This document shows positions 43,578 through 53,897 of a stretch of 64,000 nucleotides of DNA, one piece after another. The DNA is from Patescibacteria group bacterium (GTDB taxonomy: Bacteria; Patescibacteriota; Patescibacteriia; Patescibacteriales; UBA12465): positions 192,691 to 256,690 of the forward strand of contig JBAZTY010000001.1 in assembly GCA_041661685.1 (NCBI GenBank), written 5' to 3'. Position numbers and translations under genes: made by a program. The notes beneath the pieces are model-generated. The model had not been told where the DNA came from. It searched no databases and worked only from the letters and a program-made list of their open reading frames with translations. Positions within the stretch are counted from its first letter, which is position 1, and each line of letters starts with the position of its first letter.

Positions 43578-44824
43578 TGCGTTTCCCTTTAAACCAATCG
43601 ATAAAGATTTCGACAGCGGCGCTTCTAACTAATAAAGCTAGAAGCTTTTTGACTATGCTGGGAATCATCATCGGCGTGGGCGCGGTCGTCATGATTATGT
43701 CATTAGGCGCAGGCGCGCAGAGCCTGATTATCGGCCAAATAAAGGGTTTAGGCGGAAATCTCATCGGTGTTCTGCCGGGAAAATCAGAGACTGACGGGCC
43801 GCCGGCTTCAGTCATGGGCGTCGCGATTACGACTTTAGTGGAGGATGACCTGGAGGCTATTCGCCGGCAAGTGCCGAATATCATCGGAGCCGTTGGCTAT
43901 TCGCGCAATCTAGCAACCGCTAGCTGGGGACAAAATAATTACGAGACTAATCTCAACGGCTGTTCCGTGGATTACTTGAAAGTCGAGGGTGGAGAAGTGG
44001 GCGTCGGCCGGTTCTTTACAGCCGAAGAAGACCGCGATATGGCCAAAGTCGCCGTTCTCGGCGCGACCGTCAAGCAGGAATTATTCGGCGATTCCGATGC
44101 TGTCGGACGTATTATTAAGATCAAGAAGCAGCCGTTTGAAGTCATCGGCGTGATGGCGCCGCGCGGCACAGTCGCTTTTGTCAATTACGACGACCAGATT
44201 AATATACCCTTGAAAACCGCGCAAAAAGTCATCAACGGCGTCAATCATCTCAGTTTCATCCGCATTAAAGCCGATAGTGAAAAAAGCGTCGATGAGGTAA
44301 TGGCGGAAACAACGCTTCTTCTCCGCGATCGTCACGATATTAAAAATCCCAGCGGCCAGGATGATGATTTCTCCGTCCGCAGCATGGCGCAAGCGCTCGA
44401 TATGATCATAACGATCACTAATGCGCTTAAATACTTTCTAATCGCCATGGCCGCTATTTCACTGGTTGTCGGCGGTATCGGCATCATGAATATCATGCTC
44501 ATCAGCGTTAGCGAAAGGACTAAAGAAATCGGCTTGCGCAAGGCCATTGGCGCTAATAACCGCCATATCATCTGGCAATTTCTGATCGAGTCGATGACGC
44601 TCACTTTGATCGGCGGCGCGGCCGGTACTGTCCTGGGAACTATCGGCTCGTGGCTCATCTCTCTAGTCGTGAATGATCTCGGCTATGATTATCAATTTAT
44701 CATCTCCATCTCTTCAGTGTTGCTCGCTTTGTCCGTCTCGACTCTCATCGGACTGATCTTCGGTTTATACCCGGCGCGCCAAGCCAGCCGATTAGAGCCG
44801 GTCGAGGCTTTAAGCTACGAATAA
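43577..44824 (+). CDS. ABC transporter permease, MacB/FtsX type (permease 1)
   Basis: N-terminal TM plus a MacB periplasmic-core-like domain and a C-terminal FtsX 3-TM bundle (ERTKEIGLRKAIGA). Confidence 0.85.
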   Translation: MRFPLNQSIKISTAALLTNKARSFLTMLGIIIGVGAVVMIMSLGAGAQSLIIGQIKGLGGNLIGVLPGKSETDGPPASVMGVAITTLVEDDLEAIRRQVPNIIGAVGYSRNLATASWGQNNYETNLNGCSVDYLKVEGGEVGVGRFFTAEEDRDMAKVAVLGATVKQELFGDSDAVGRIIKIKKQPFEVIGVMAPRGTVAFVNYDDQINIPLKTAQKVINGVNHLSFIRIKADSEKSVDEVMAETTLLLRDRHDIKNPSGQDDDFSVRSMAQALDMIITITNALKYFLIAMAAISLVVGGIGIMNIMLISVSERTKEIGLRKAIGANNRHIIWQFLIESMTLTLIGGAAGTVLGTIGSWLISLVVNDLGYDYQFIISISSVLLALSVSTLIGLIFGLYPARQASRLEPVEALSYE

Positions 44825-44826
44825 TT

Positions 44827-46086
44827 ATGGATAAGATTATCCCGGCGATAAAAATGGCTTTAAAGTCAATGGCCGCCAATAAAATGCGGACATTTTTGAC
44901 CGTGCTCGGCGTCATGATCGGCATTGCCAGTATCATTGTCGTCTATTCAGCCGGCGAAGGCATTAAGAGTCTGCTAGTCGCGCAATTAGAAGCTTTCGGC
45001 ACAAACATCATCGAAACGGAAATAAAAGTGCCATCTGCTAAGAAAGGCGCTGCTGGAGATACGGAAGGAGCAATGGCGATGGTTTCCGGCGTCCAAATAA
45101 CCACCTTGTCAGATGAGGATTTCGAAGATATCAAGAAACTTCCGAATATCACGAACGGATATGCCGCTATTATGGCTCAAGAAAAAGTCACTGTTGCCGG
45201 GGATTCTCGAAAAGCTACTATCTTCGGAGTGAGCGCCAGTTATCCCGATATTGATAAGAGCAAGATGGCTAGCGGCTTTTTCTATAGCGAGGCAGATGAC
45301 AACTCTCTCAGCCAGGTCGCGGTCTTGGGCAGCAAGATGAAAGACAAGCTTTTCGGCGAAGCTGACCCGATCGGACAGAATATCTCTATCCGCAAAGCTA
45401 AGTTCCGGATTATCGGCGTGATGGCTTCGCGCGGCGCGACTTTGGGCATGGATATGGATGATTATGTCTACGTGCCTGTCCATACTCTGCAGAAAAAAAT
45501 CATGGGCATTGATTATTATATGTACATGATCCACCAATTCCAAGATCCGAGCCGAGTAGCTGATACCGGAGAAGAAATCAGGCGCTTAATGCGCGATAAC
45601 CATGATATTACCGACCCAGCCAAAGACGATTTTCGCGTCTCGACTATGGAAGAGATGATGACGATGCTTGATACGGTCACCAACGCCCTGACTTGGCTCT
45701 TACTCGCTATCGTCATCATTTCGCTCATCGTCGGCGGCGTCGGGATATTGAACATCATGTATGTCATCGTCAGCGAAAGGACTTTGGAAATCGGTCTGAG
45801 AAAGGCGGTTGGCGCCAATTATGGACACATCATGACTCAATTCCTCGTCGAGGCCATACTAATCACGCTCTTCGGGGCGCTAGTCGGCGTGATTATCGGC
45901 GTCATCATCGCCAGACTAATCGCGCTCGGCGCCAGTTTCACCGGGTTAGCCTGGGAATTCCGCGTGCCCCTAAAAGCCTTCATCGTCTCCATCGGCTTCG
46001 CCTTCTTCTTTGGCGTCTTCTTCGGCGTCTACCCGGCGAAAAAAGCCGCTAAGATGAATCCGATAGACGCGCTTCGAAAAGAATAA
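44827..46086 (+). CDS. ABC transporter permease, MacB/FtsX type (permease 2)
   Basis: Same architecture as permease 1 (ERTLEIGLRKAVGA). It is a paralogous neighbour. Confidence 0.85.
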   Translation: MDKIIPAIKMALKSMAANKMRTFLTVLGVMIGIASIIVVYSAGEGIKSLLVAQLEAFGTNIIETEIKVPSAKKGAAGDTEGAMAMVSGVQITTLSDEDFEDIKKLPNITNGYAAIMAQEKVTVAGDSRKATIFGVSASYPDIDKSKMASGFFYSEADDNSLSQVAVLGSKMKDKLFGEADPIGQNISIRKAKFRIIGVMASRGATLGMDMDDYVYVPVHTLQKKIMGIDYYMYMIHQFQDPSRVADTGEEIRRLMRDNHDITDPAKDDFRVSTMEEMMTMLDTVTNALTWLLLAIVIISLIVGGVGILNIMYVIVSERTLEIGLRKAVGANYGHIMTQFLVEAILITLFGALVGVIIGVIIARLIALGASFTGLAWEFRVPLKAFIVSIGFAFFFGVFFGVYPAKKAAKMNPIDALRKE

Positions 46087-46096
46087 ATTTAAATTT

Positions 46097-48808
46097 ATGG
46101 ATAAGCTAACAAAAAAACCGACAGCGAAGCGCACCGAAGAAAATTTTTATAGCCTGAAACCGGAGATGATTTTTAAAATAATCAATTCTTCTCCCGAAGG
46201 CCTAAGCTCCGAAGAGGCGAAAAAACGCTTAATGAAGAATGGCCCCAATATCTTAGCTCAAGAAAAGCCTTATAGCCGCCTGAAAATATTCTTCTCTCAA
46301 TTCAAAAACCCTTTAATTTATATCCTGCTCGGCGGCGGCGCTATTTCGCTCATAATCGGAGAGCATATTGACGCCCAAGTGATAGCCGCGACCGTCATGA
46401 TTAACGTCATTATCAGCTTCATCCAGGAAGATAAGGCTAACAGCGCTTTGAATAAGCTTAAGAAGATAGTCGAACATCAGGCTTATGTCCGCCGGGACGG
46501 GAAAGAAATCGAAATTCCAGCCGCGGAAATCGTCGCCGGCGACATCCTGATACTAAAAGCCGGCAAAATAATCTCAGCCGATGCCCGCGTCTTTGAGGAT
46601 TTCGACTTGGAGGTGAACGAAGCGAGCCTAACCGGCGAATCTCTGGCTGTCTCTAAAAGTATCTTGCCCTCAGCGCCGCAAACCGGCCTAGCTGATCGCA
46701 AGAGCATGGTTTACGCCGGCACCAACATCATCAGCGGCCATGGGCACGCCGTCGTCGTGACGACCGGGTTCATGACTGAGGTCGGCAAGATTGCAAAGAT
46801 GGTCGAAAAGGCCGACAGCGGCCCGACACCGTTACAGGAAAAGCTAAATGGAATTTCTCGCTGGCTCGGCTTAAGCGTCGTCGTTATCTGCTTGATAATA
46901 GTACTGACTGGAATCTTAAAGGGCATTAGTTTCTTAACGATACTCCTGGCCGCTATCGCTATATCGGCCGCCGCCATTCCCGAGGGTTTATCTGTCGCCG
47001 TTACCGTCATCCTCGCTATCGGTATGAAGCATCTCGTTAAGAAGAAGGCTTTGGTACGAAAATTATTAGCCGCGGAAACTCTAGGCTCGATCACGGCTAT
47101 CTGCTCTGATAAGACTGGAACTCTGACCGAAGGAAAAATGCGCCTCGAAGAAATCGTTTCATTTTCAGGACGATTAGCTCCGGCAAAACTGGAGGGCCGA
47201 GGCGATTTATCAAAATTAAAAGATTTCATGATAGCGCTCAAGACCGGAGTCTTATGTAATAACGCGATCATTGATCCGGAAACGACGAAGAGCTCAGGGC
47301 TGGCTCTGGAAGTATCATTTCTGCGAGTTGCTCTTGATTTAGGCGTCAGCCAGTCGGAACTGATGAAAGACGAACCGCGTTTGAGCGAGCTGCCCTTTAA
47401 TAGCGATAGAAAATTCATGATCAGCCTGCATAAAAAAGGAAACGCCTTTAGTCTCTATGAAAAAGGGGCTGGAGAGATTATTTTGGAAAAATGCGTATTT
47501 CTTGAAGACGCCGGCCGGATTAGAAAATTAGAGTCATCAGACAAAAAGAAGATATCAGCTCTTTACGATGAATTAACCCTTGGCGGCCTGCGCGTTATCG
47601 CTTTAGCCTACGCTGATTTAAAATCTTTACCCTTTGATCCAGCAGCGGAAGATAAGAATTGGAATTTAGTCGACAAGAATCTGACTTTCGTCGGCTTAGC
47701 CGCTTTCAAGGATCCTCTCCGCCATGAAGCTAAAAAAACTATCGCCTTATGCAAGAAAGCCGGCATCAGACCGATAATCATCACCGGCGATCATCCTAAT
47801 ACTGCTCAAGCCATCGCTTCAGAATTAAAAATGGATTTAGGGGCGACCGGTGTCATCAGCGGCGAATTCTTGGAAAAAATTAATGATAGCGAACTCGCGG
47901 AACTGGTCAAGACGGCGACAGTCTATGCTCGCGTCAGCCCGAACCACAAGCTGCGGATCGTCAATGCCTTAAAGAAAAACAGGGAAGTCGTCGCTATGAC
48001 CGGCGACGGCTTGAATGATTCCCCGGCTCTGAAGACGGCGGATATCGGCATCTGTCTCGGTTCCGGCACGGAAGTCGCCAAAGAAACCGCGGATATTGTC
48101 CTGCTTGATGATAATTTCAGTGTGATCGTCAGCGCCATTAGACAGGGGCGTATCATCTTTGATAATATCCGAAAATCTTTGACCTATCTGATTGCTGACT
48201 GCTTTTCGGAAATAATCCTCATCATGGGCTCGATTATCTTCAATATGCCTTTGGCGCTATTACCGACGCAGATTCTCTGGATCAATATTTTAAATGACGG
48301 CTTTCCCAGCTTATCCATGGCCTTCGAAACTAATGATGACGGCGTGATGGCGCGAAGACCGATCAAGCGCAACGAATCCATTTTTAACAAGGAAATGAAA
48401 GCGCTTTTATTCGGCGTCGGTTTTGTCAGAGAAGCCTTATTATTCGCCGGCTACTACTATTGCGCCACACATTTGGGTATTTTAGGCTGGAGCTTAGCCT
48501 ACCTGCGAACCTTGCTGATAGCGATATTAGTATTCAAATCGATAACCGCCATCTTCAGCCTGCGCAGTTTTACCCTGCCCATTCATAAAATAAAACAATT
48601 TACTAATCCTTATCTATACGCGGCGATAAGCCTGAGCGCCGCCTTGTTGGCCGCCGCCGTTTACTGGCCGGCCTTAAACGGCTTGCTCAAGACTGAACCC
48701 TTGGCTGCCAGCTCGTGGATAATAGTAGCCGCCGTCTCCGCGGTTAACATACTTATGCTAGAAACCGTTAAAGCTTGGTTCGTCCATAAAAAAAATAAAA
48801 ATAATTAA
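46097..48808 (+). CDS. Cation-transporting P-type ATPase (type II, Ca2+/Na+-like)
   Basis: Cation_ATPase_N-like LSSEEAKKRL, TGES, phosphorylation site CSDKTGTLT, hinge MTGDGLNDSPALK. 903 aa with 10 TM helices. Confidence 0.9.
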   Translation: MDKLTKKPTAKRTEENFYSLKPEMIFKIINSSPEGLSSEEAKKRLMKNGPNILAQEKPYSRLKIFFSQFKNPLIYILLGGGAISLIIGEHIDAQVIAATVMINVIISFIQEDKANSALNKLKKIVEHQAYVRRDGKEIEIPAAEIVAGDILILKAGKIISADARVFEDFDLEVNEASLTGESLAVSKSILPSAPQTGLADRKSMVYAGTNIISGHGHAVVVTTGFMTEVGKIAKMVEKADSGPTPLQEKLNGISRWLGLSVVVICLIIVLTGILKGISFLTILLAAIAISAAAIPEGLSVAVTVILAIGMKHLVKKKALVRKLLAAETLGSITAICSDKTGTLTEGKMRLEEIVSFSGRLAPAKLEGRGDLSKLKDFMIALKTGVLCNNAIIDPETTKSSGLALEVSFLRVALDLGVSQSELMKDEPRLSELPFNSDRKFMISLHKKGNAFSLYEKGAGEIILEKCVFLEDAGRIRKLESSDKKKISALYDELTLGGLRVIALAYADLKSLPFDPAAEDKNWNLVDKNLTFVGLAAFKDPLRHEAKKTIALCKKAGIRPIIITGDHPNTAQAIASELKMDLGATGVISGEFLEKINDSELAELVKTATVYARVSPNHKLRIVNALKKNREVVAMTGDGLNDSPALKTADIGICLGSGTEVAKETADIVLLDDNFSVIVSAIRQGRIIFDNIRKSLTYLIADCFSEIILIMGSIIFNMPLALLPTQILWINILNDGFPSLSMAFETNDDGVMARRPIKRNESIFNKEMKALLFGVGFVREALLFAGYYYCATHLGILGWSLAYLRTLLIAILVFKSITAIFSLRSFTLPIHKIKQFTNPYLYAAISLSAALLAAAVYWPALNGLLKTEPLAASSWIIVAAVSAVNILMLETVKAWFVHKKNKNN

Positions 48809-48823
48809 CCAACAATACTTATC

Positions 48824-50086
48824 ATGTTAAAATTTTTCCATAAAAAAACTATTCTAGATAAGGCCAGGAATGCCTTGAAAGGCAAGGAAATTTCAATCAT
48901 TATTGGCATTATCATTCTGATAGTTTTAGGAATCTGGTTATCTTTTAAAATAGCTAACTTCAAAACAGTTTTTGAATCTCAAAAGAATACAGAAAATACG
49001 CCGGCTAAACCGATAGAGAATAAAAAGCTGTTAGAAATAAATAGCGGCGATACTTATGGAAAATTAATGTCGGCGGCCGGCATAGAAACTTCTGCTTCTA
49101 ATGCCATCTTCAAGGCGGCGGCAGCAGTCTATGGCTTAGAAAAAATCCGCGCCGGACATGCCCTAGAATTAATCTATGACGCGAACTGGATTGAGTTAAA
49201 TAAATTAGTCTACAAGATTGACTCCGAAGATGAAGTTCTGATAACTAAAAATGCTTCTAGTACTTGGAGAGCAGAAATAAAGCCAATAGCTTACGAGGTA
49301 AAAACTGTCGCCAAAAGCGGGGAAGTAAAGACTTCTATGTACGCGGCGGCTCTAGAAAACAATATTGATGAGAGAGCAATCATCGCGCTGGCCGATGCTT
49401 TCCAGTGGACCATTGATTTCGCGCTTGATCCGCGCGTCGGCGATAAGTTCAAATTCGTCTACGAAGAAAGATATCTCGACGGCCAATACGTCATGCCGGG
49501 ACGAGTTTTCGCCGGCACCTATATCAATGGCGATAAGGCTTATAATGTCTATTATTTCTCTGAAGATAAAGACAATACCGGTTATTTTGATGAAAATGGC
49601 AATTCCGCTCAGAAGATGTTTTTGAAAGCGCCGGTTTCCTTCAAATATATATCTTCCAATTTCACGACTGGAATGAGATATGTCGAGGCTTTTAACGTCT
49701 CTACCGGCCACCGAGCGGTCGATTACGCTGCTACCGCCGGAACGCCGATCCGCTCGGTCGGCGACGGCACAGTTGTTTTCGCCTCTTATAATGGCGCCTA
49801 CGGCAATATGGTCAAAGTACAGCATAACGGCACCTATACGACCAATTACGGCCATATGTCAAAATTCGCCGTCAAGCGCGGCGCCAGAGTCGTTCAAGGG
49901 CAGACGATTGGCTATGTCGGCTCGACCGGCTTTTCTACCGGTCCGCACTTGCATTTCGAAATGGTTAAAAATGGGGTTAAGGTCAACCCGCTCAAAGAGA
50001 TAACGCCGCCCGGGAAGGCGATCAGAGCGGAGAATAAAGAGCGATTCACGGCTGATATACAAAAATGGCAGGATATGTTAAGATAA
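48824..50086 (+). CDS. M23 family metallopeptidase (peptidoglycan endopeptidase) with N-terminal TM and OapA/Csd3-like domains
   Basis: HRAVDYAA, GDGTVVFA, GHMS, GSTGFSTGPHLHFE. Confidence 0.85.
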   Translation: MLKFFHKKTILDKARNALKGKEISIIIGIIILIVLGIWLSFKIANFKTVFESQKNTENTPAKPIENKKLLEINSGDTYGKLMSAAGIETSASNAIFKAAAAVYGLEKIRAGHALELIYDANWIELNKLVYKIDSEDEVLITKNASSTWRAEIKPIAYEVKTVAKSGEVKTSMYAAALENNIDERAIIALADAFQWTIDFALDPRVGDKFKFVYEERYLDGQYVMPGRVFAGTYINGDKAYNVYYFSEDKDNTGYFDENGNSAQKMFLKAPVSFKYISSNFTTGMRYVEAFNVSTGHRAVDYAATAGTPIRSVGDGTVVFASYNGAYGNMVKVQHNGTYTTNYGHMSKFAVKRGARVVQGQTIGYVGSTGFSTGPHLHFEMVKNGVKVNPLKEITPPGKAIRAENKERFTADIQKWQDMLR

Positions 50087-50108
50087 GTTTCAACTTTTCT
50101 TAAACAGA

Positions 50109-51944
50109 ATGGAAAAAATATTTAAGCTAAAATCTAATTTCCAGCCGGCCGGCGACCAGCCCGAGGCGATTAAAAAACTCCAAAAAGGTTTGGAGAAGGG
50201 TTTTAATTATCAGACGCTTTTAGGAGTGACCGGTTCTGGCAAAACGTTTACGGTCGCTAACGTCATTAAGGAATTTGATAAGCCGGTACTCGTCATTGCT
50301 CCGAATAAAGCGCTGGCTGCCCAGCTTTATCGCGAATATAAGAATTTCTTTCCGGAAAACGCGGTCCATTACTTTGTTTCCTATTATGATTATTATCAGC
50401 CCGAGGCTTATCTCCCGATAACTGATACCTATATTGACAAGGAGGCGATGATTAATCAGGAAATAGACCGCTTGCGCCACGCCGCCACCGCGTCGCTCGT
50501 TTCCCGGCGGGACGTCATCATTGTCGCCTCAGTTTCTTGTATCTATAATCTCGGCGTTCCGTCCAGCTATCTGGAAGCTAAATTAGTTCTAGAAAAAGGC
50601 AAACCCATGGTCAGAGCTGATTTAATAAAACAATTAATAAAAATACAATTTGAACGGACAAGCGGGGAAATAGACCGCGGCCAATTCCGCGTCCGCGGCG
50701 ATATTTTCGAAATCCGACCGAAATCAGAAAATGTTATTTACCGCTTAGAGCTTAACGGCCAAGCTATTAGCGATTTAACTATCATTGATAATACTACTAA
50801 AAACATTATCGGCGACCTGGAAGAAATTGTTGTTTTTCCACCCAAGCATTTCGTCTCGACCGCGCCGCAGATTGAAGCGGCGATCAAAAATATCCAAGAA
50901 GAACTGAAAGATCGCCTAGCTTATTTTAAAAAAGAAGGATTTTTATTAGAAGCCGAACGCTTGGAGAGGCGGACAAAATATGACATGGAAATGCTTCGGA
51001 CTCTAGGCTATTGTCATGGCATTGAGAATTACTCGCGCCATCTAACTGGGAAGCTAGCCGGCGAAGCGCCGGACGCCTTATTAGCTTATTTCCCCTGGAA
51101 AGATGGGAGGCCCGATTCTCTAACAATTATAGACGAATCGCATATTGCCGTGCCGCAGATCAGGGGCATGTATAATGGCGACCAAGCCCGCAAGAAAACT
51201 TTGATCCAATACGGCTGGCGTTTGCCCTCAGCGCTTGATAATCGCCCTCTGAAATTTAATGAATTTGAAGCGCGCGTCGGGCAAATGATATTTACGACCG
51301 CGACGCCGGGAGAATTTGAATTAAAGCATTCCGAGCAGATCGCCGAGCAAGTTATCCGTCCGACTGGCCTGGTCGACCCGGAAATTGAAGTCCGGCCGGT
51401 TTTCAATAAGAAAGAAAATTATAGCCAAATAAACGACGTCATGACGGAAGTCAAAAAGATCGCCGCTCTAGGCGAACGCGCCATTATCAACACTTTGACT
51501 AAAAAGCAGGCCGAGGATTTAAATACTTATCTTAATGGTCAAGGCTTTAAATCAAATTATCTTCATTCCGATATCAAGACTTTTGAACGCACTGAAATAT
51601 TAAAGAATTTCCGAGAAGGGAAGTTTGACGTTCTTATCGGCGTTAACTTATTACGCGAAGGTTTAGATCTGCCAGAGGTAACGCTCGTCGCTATCCTCGA
51701 CGCCGACCGCGAGGGCTTCTTGCGCAGTGAAACCTCGCTCATGCAGATCATGGGGCGCGCCGCCCGCAACGTCAAGGGTAAGATCATCCTTTACGCTGAC
51801 AAGAAGACCATCTCCATAAAAAAAGCTATCAATGAAGCTGAACGCCGCCGCATTAAACAATTAGCCTATAATAAGAAGCATGGGATCACGCCGATAAATA
51901 TTGAAAAGAAGATCGAGGACTTTCTTGATGCCGCTGAGAAATAA
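50109..51944 (+). CDS. uvrB: Excinuclease ABC subunit B, short form lacking the C-terminal UVR domain
   Basis: GVTGSGKTF, YVSYYDYYQPEAY, DESH, GRAARN. The protein ends about 15 aa after HGITP (..IEDFLDAAEK*), whereas canonical UvrB continues through a linker and a UVR coiled-coil. Confidence 0.9.
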   Translation: MEKIFKLKSNFQPAGDQPEAIKKLQKGLEKGFNYQTLLGVTGSGKTFTVANVIKEFDKPVLVIAPNKALAAQLYREYKNFFPENAVHYFVSYYDYYQPEAYLPITDTYIDKEAMINQEIDRLRHAATASLVSRRDVIIVASVSCIYNLGVPSSYLEAKLVLEKGKPMVRADLIKQLIKIQFERTSGEIDRGQFRVRGDIFEIRPKSENVIYRLELNGQAISDLTIIDNTTKNIIGDLEEIVVFPPKHFVSTAPQIEAAIKNIQEELKDRLAYFKKEGFLLEAERLERRTKYDMEMLRTLGYCHGIENYSRHLTGKLAGEAPDALLAYFPWKDGRPDSLTIIDESHIAVPQIRGMYNGDQARKKTLIQYGWRLPSALDNRPLKFNEFEARVGQMIFTTATPGEFELKHSEQIAEQVIRPTGLVDPEIEVRPVFNKKENYSQINDVMTEVKKIAALGERAIINTLTKKQAEDLNTYLNGQGFKSNYLHSDIKTFERTEILKNFREGKFDVLIGVNLLREGLDLPEVTLVAILDADREGFLRSETSLMQIMGRAARNVKGKIILYADKKTISIKKAINEAERRRIKQLAYNKKHGITPINIEKKIEDFLDAAEK

Positions 51945-51991
51945 AAAAAAGCCTATCATTTCTGACAGGCTAATTAGATGTTACTAGTTTT

Positions 51992-52240
51992 TTACACCAG
52001 GGTATCCCAATAGACCACTAGGGACATCAGAACCATTAAAGCAACGATATTTTTTATCTTAGCCCGGTTATCTCCGCTTTGAAGAGCATCAATAAATGAG
52101 GAGATTAAAAAAATGCTGGCGGACGCACTGGCTATAATCAGAAGTATGAACGAGACCCGATGCCCCTGCACAAAAAATATTCTATGGATAATCAGGGCCG
52201 TGAAGACAGTAAGCCCAGAAAATGTTGCTAATTTCCTCAT
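51992..52240 (-). CDS. Small membrane protein, hypothetical
   Basis: 82 aa with 3 hydrophobic helices. Confidence 0.4.
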   Translation of the reverse strand: MRKLATFSGLTVFTALIIHRIFFVQGHRVSFILLIIASASASIFLISSFIDALQSGDNRAKIKNIVALMVLMSLVVYWDTLV

Positions 52241-52293
52241 GATAAATTTAATTTAGGTTTTACAATATTTAATTATTAAAGTAGAATTAAATA

Positions 52294-52791
52294 TTGGAAT
52301 ATTTATATATTTTAGTCAATATGAATAAAATCACCAAAATTACAGTAAAAAACCTTAAAGCTTGCCCCGAATACGTCCCCTTGGTATCAGGTTGGATGTG
52401 GCAGCAATGGGCCAAGCGCCATGGCCGGACTTTGAAAGAAATAATCTATCGGACTGAGCATTGTCTGACTAAGAAATGTCCGCAAACCTTAATCGCTTTC
52501 TATGACGGGCACCCGGCTGGAACCGTCTCTCTCTGGAACGCTGATCATCCTTATCGCCAAGATTTAAGTCCTTGGCTGAGCTGTTTATTGGTCTTAGAGA
52601 AATATCGAGGAAAAGGGGTCGGGCAAGCTTTGCAAGCCGCCCTGCTCGCGACCGCGAAAAAAGCTGACTTTAAAAAAGTCTATCTCATGACCGACCTAAA
52701 AGATTATTATGAAAAAGCTGGCTGGAAATTTATCGAGAGTGGCTTGTACACCGAAGGAAGAATAACTAATTTCTACGAACATAAATTATAA
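52294..52791 (+). CDS. GNAT family N-acetyltransferase (probable start ATG 52321)
   Basis: Motif A: VLEKYRGKGVGQALQAALLATAKK. Confidence 0.7.
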   Translation: MEYLYILVNMNKITKITVKNLKACPEYVPLVSGWMWQQWAKRHGRTLKEIIYRTEHCLTKKCPQTLIAFYDGHPAGTVSLWNADHPYRQDLSPWLSCLLVLEKYRGKGVGQALQAALLATAKKADFKKVYLMTDLKDYYEKAGWKFIESGLYTEGRITNFYEHKL

Positions 52792-52795
52792 AGAT

Positions 52796-53260
52796 ATGAA
52801 AATAACAGTTTGCGGCAGTATCGCTTTTTATGAAGAGATGGAAAAACTCAAAGCGTCGCTAGAAGCTAACGGCCATGAAGTATTCATACCACTCCTAAGT
52901 AATGATGCTCCAGCGGAAATGGGCGGAGGCAAGAAGATCTACTTTGGACAATATGTCGAAGATAACGGCGGCATGGATGCTTTTCCGCCAAGCCATGAGC
53001 TCTGGAACTTGAAAGAAAAAGCGATTAGGGATCATTATGACAAGATTGAGTGGTGCGACGCTATCGTCGTTTCTAATCATGAAAAGAAAGGTATTACCGG
53101 CTATATCGGAGGGAATACCCTGATTGAGATAGGAGTAGCTTTTTTCTTGAAAAAGCCTATCTATATACTGAACCCAGTTTCTTCGGAACTCTCTTATAAG
53201 CAAGAAATATATGGGATGAAGCCAATCCTTCTTAACGGCGATGTAACGATCATTTCATAG
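52796..53260 (+). CDS. Nucleoside 2-deoxyribosyltransferase-like fold protein (weak)
   Basis: MKITVCGSIAFY...DAIVVSNHEKKGITGYIGGNTLIEIGVAFFLKKPIY is reminiscent of the NDT/YtoQ-like Rossmann family. Confidence 0.4.
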   Translation: MKITVCGSIAFYEEMEKLKASLEANGHEVFIPLLSNDAPAEMGGGKKIYFGQYVEDNGGMDAFPPSHELWNLKEKAIRDHYDKIEWCDAIVVSNHEKKGITGYIGGNTLIEIGVAFFLKKPIYILNPVSSELSYKQEIYGMKPILLNGDVTIIS

Positions 53261-53264
53261 ATTT

Positions 53265-53840
53265 ATGAATATAGAATACGAAGCCACATTTATTGATATT
53301 GACAAAGATGATATCCGCGGCCGCCTCAAGAAGGCCGGAGCGACCCTGGTTAAGCCGGATTTCCTGATGAAACGGATTGTCTTTGAATTGCCAATCGGGC
53401 ACGAAATACCTGGCGGCTGGCTCAGAGTGCGCGATGAAGGCGATAAAACTACCATGAGTCTAAAAATAGTTAACGGCGATAAGATAGAAGATCAAAAGGA
53501 AATATACTTAAAAATTGATAATTTTAATGAAGGCGTTAAATTCTTAGAGGCTATCGGCGCTAAGTCAAAAGCCTATCAAGAAAGCCGGCGCGAATTCTGG
53601 ACTTTAGATAATGTCGAGGTAACTATTGATGAGTGGCCTTATCTAGAGCCTTATGTCGAAGTAGAAGGGAAGTCTGAAAAAGAAGTAAGAGCCGCTAGCG
53701 AAAAATTAGGATTTGATTACGCCCAAGCCTTATTCTGCTCGGTTGATACTTTATATAATAAGAAATATGGCGTTCCGTTTGATGTCATAAATCATCAGAC
53801 TAATCGCATAACTTTTTCCGATCCGAATCCGTTCGTGTAA
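53265..53840 (+). CDS. CYTH-domain protein (triphosphate tunnel metalloenzyme-like)
   Basis: N-terminal IEYEATF (ExExK-type motif variant). A 191 aa beta-rich sequence. Confidence 0.55.
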   Translation: MNIEYEATFIDIDKDDIRGRLKKAGATLVKPDFLMKRIVFELPIGHEIPGGWLRVRDEGDKTTMSLKIVNGDKIEDQKEIYLKIDNFNEGVKFLEAIGAKSKAYQESRREFWTLDNVEVTIDEWPYLEPYVEVEGKSEKEVRAASEKLGFDYAQALFCSVDTLYNKKYGVPFDVINHQTNRITFSDPNPFV

Positions 53841-53844
53841 ATAA

Positions 53845-53875
53845 AAAAGCCATCATCTTGTGACAATGGCTTTTA
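53845..53875. terminator. Bidirectional terminator between convergent genes
   Basis: AAAGCCAT-catcttgtgaca-ATGGCTTT, with an A-run before and T's after. Confidence 0.7.
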
Positions 53876-53897
53876 ATAACCTGAAAAATATTCACCC

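Noticed and set aside
45693-46052. Arg/His-rich 119-aa + strand ORF. Similar alternative-frame ORFs occur inside the permeases, the helicase tail (28436..28645), the M23 peptidase (49352..50062), uvrA and uvrB.
   Set aside because: They are embedded in well-supported CDSs with strong family motifs. Their compositions are typical of off-frame translation and they have no independent signals.
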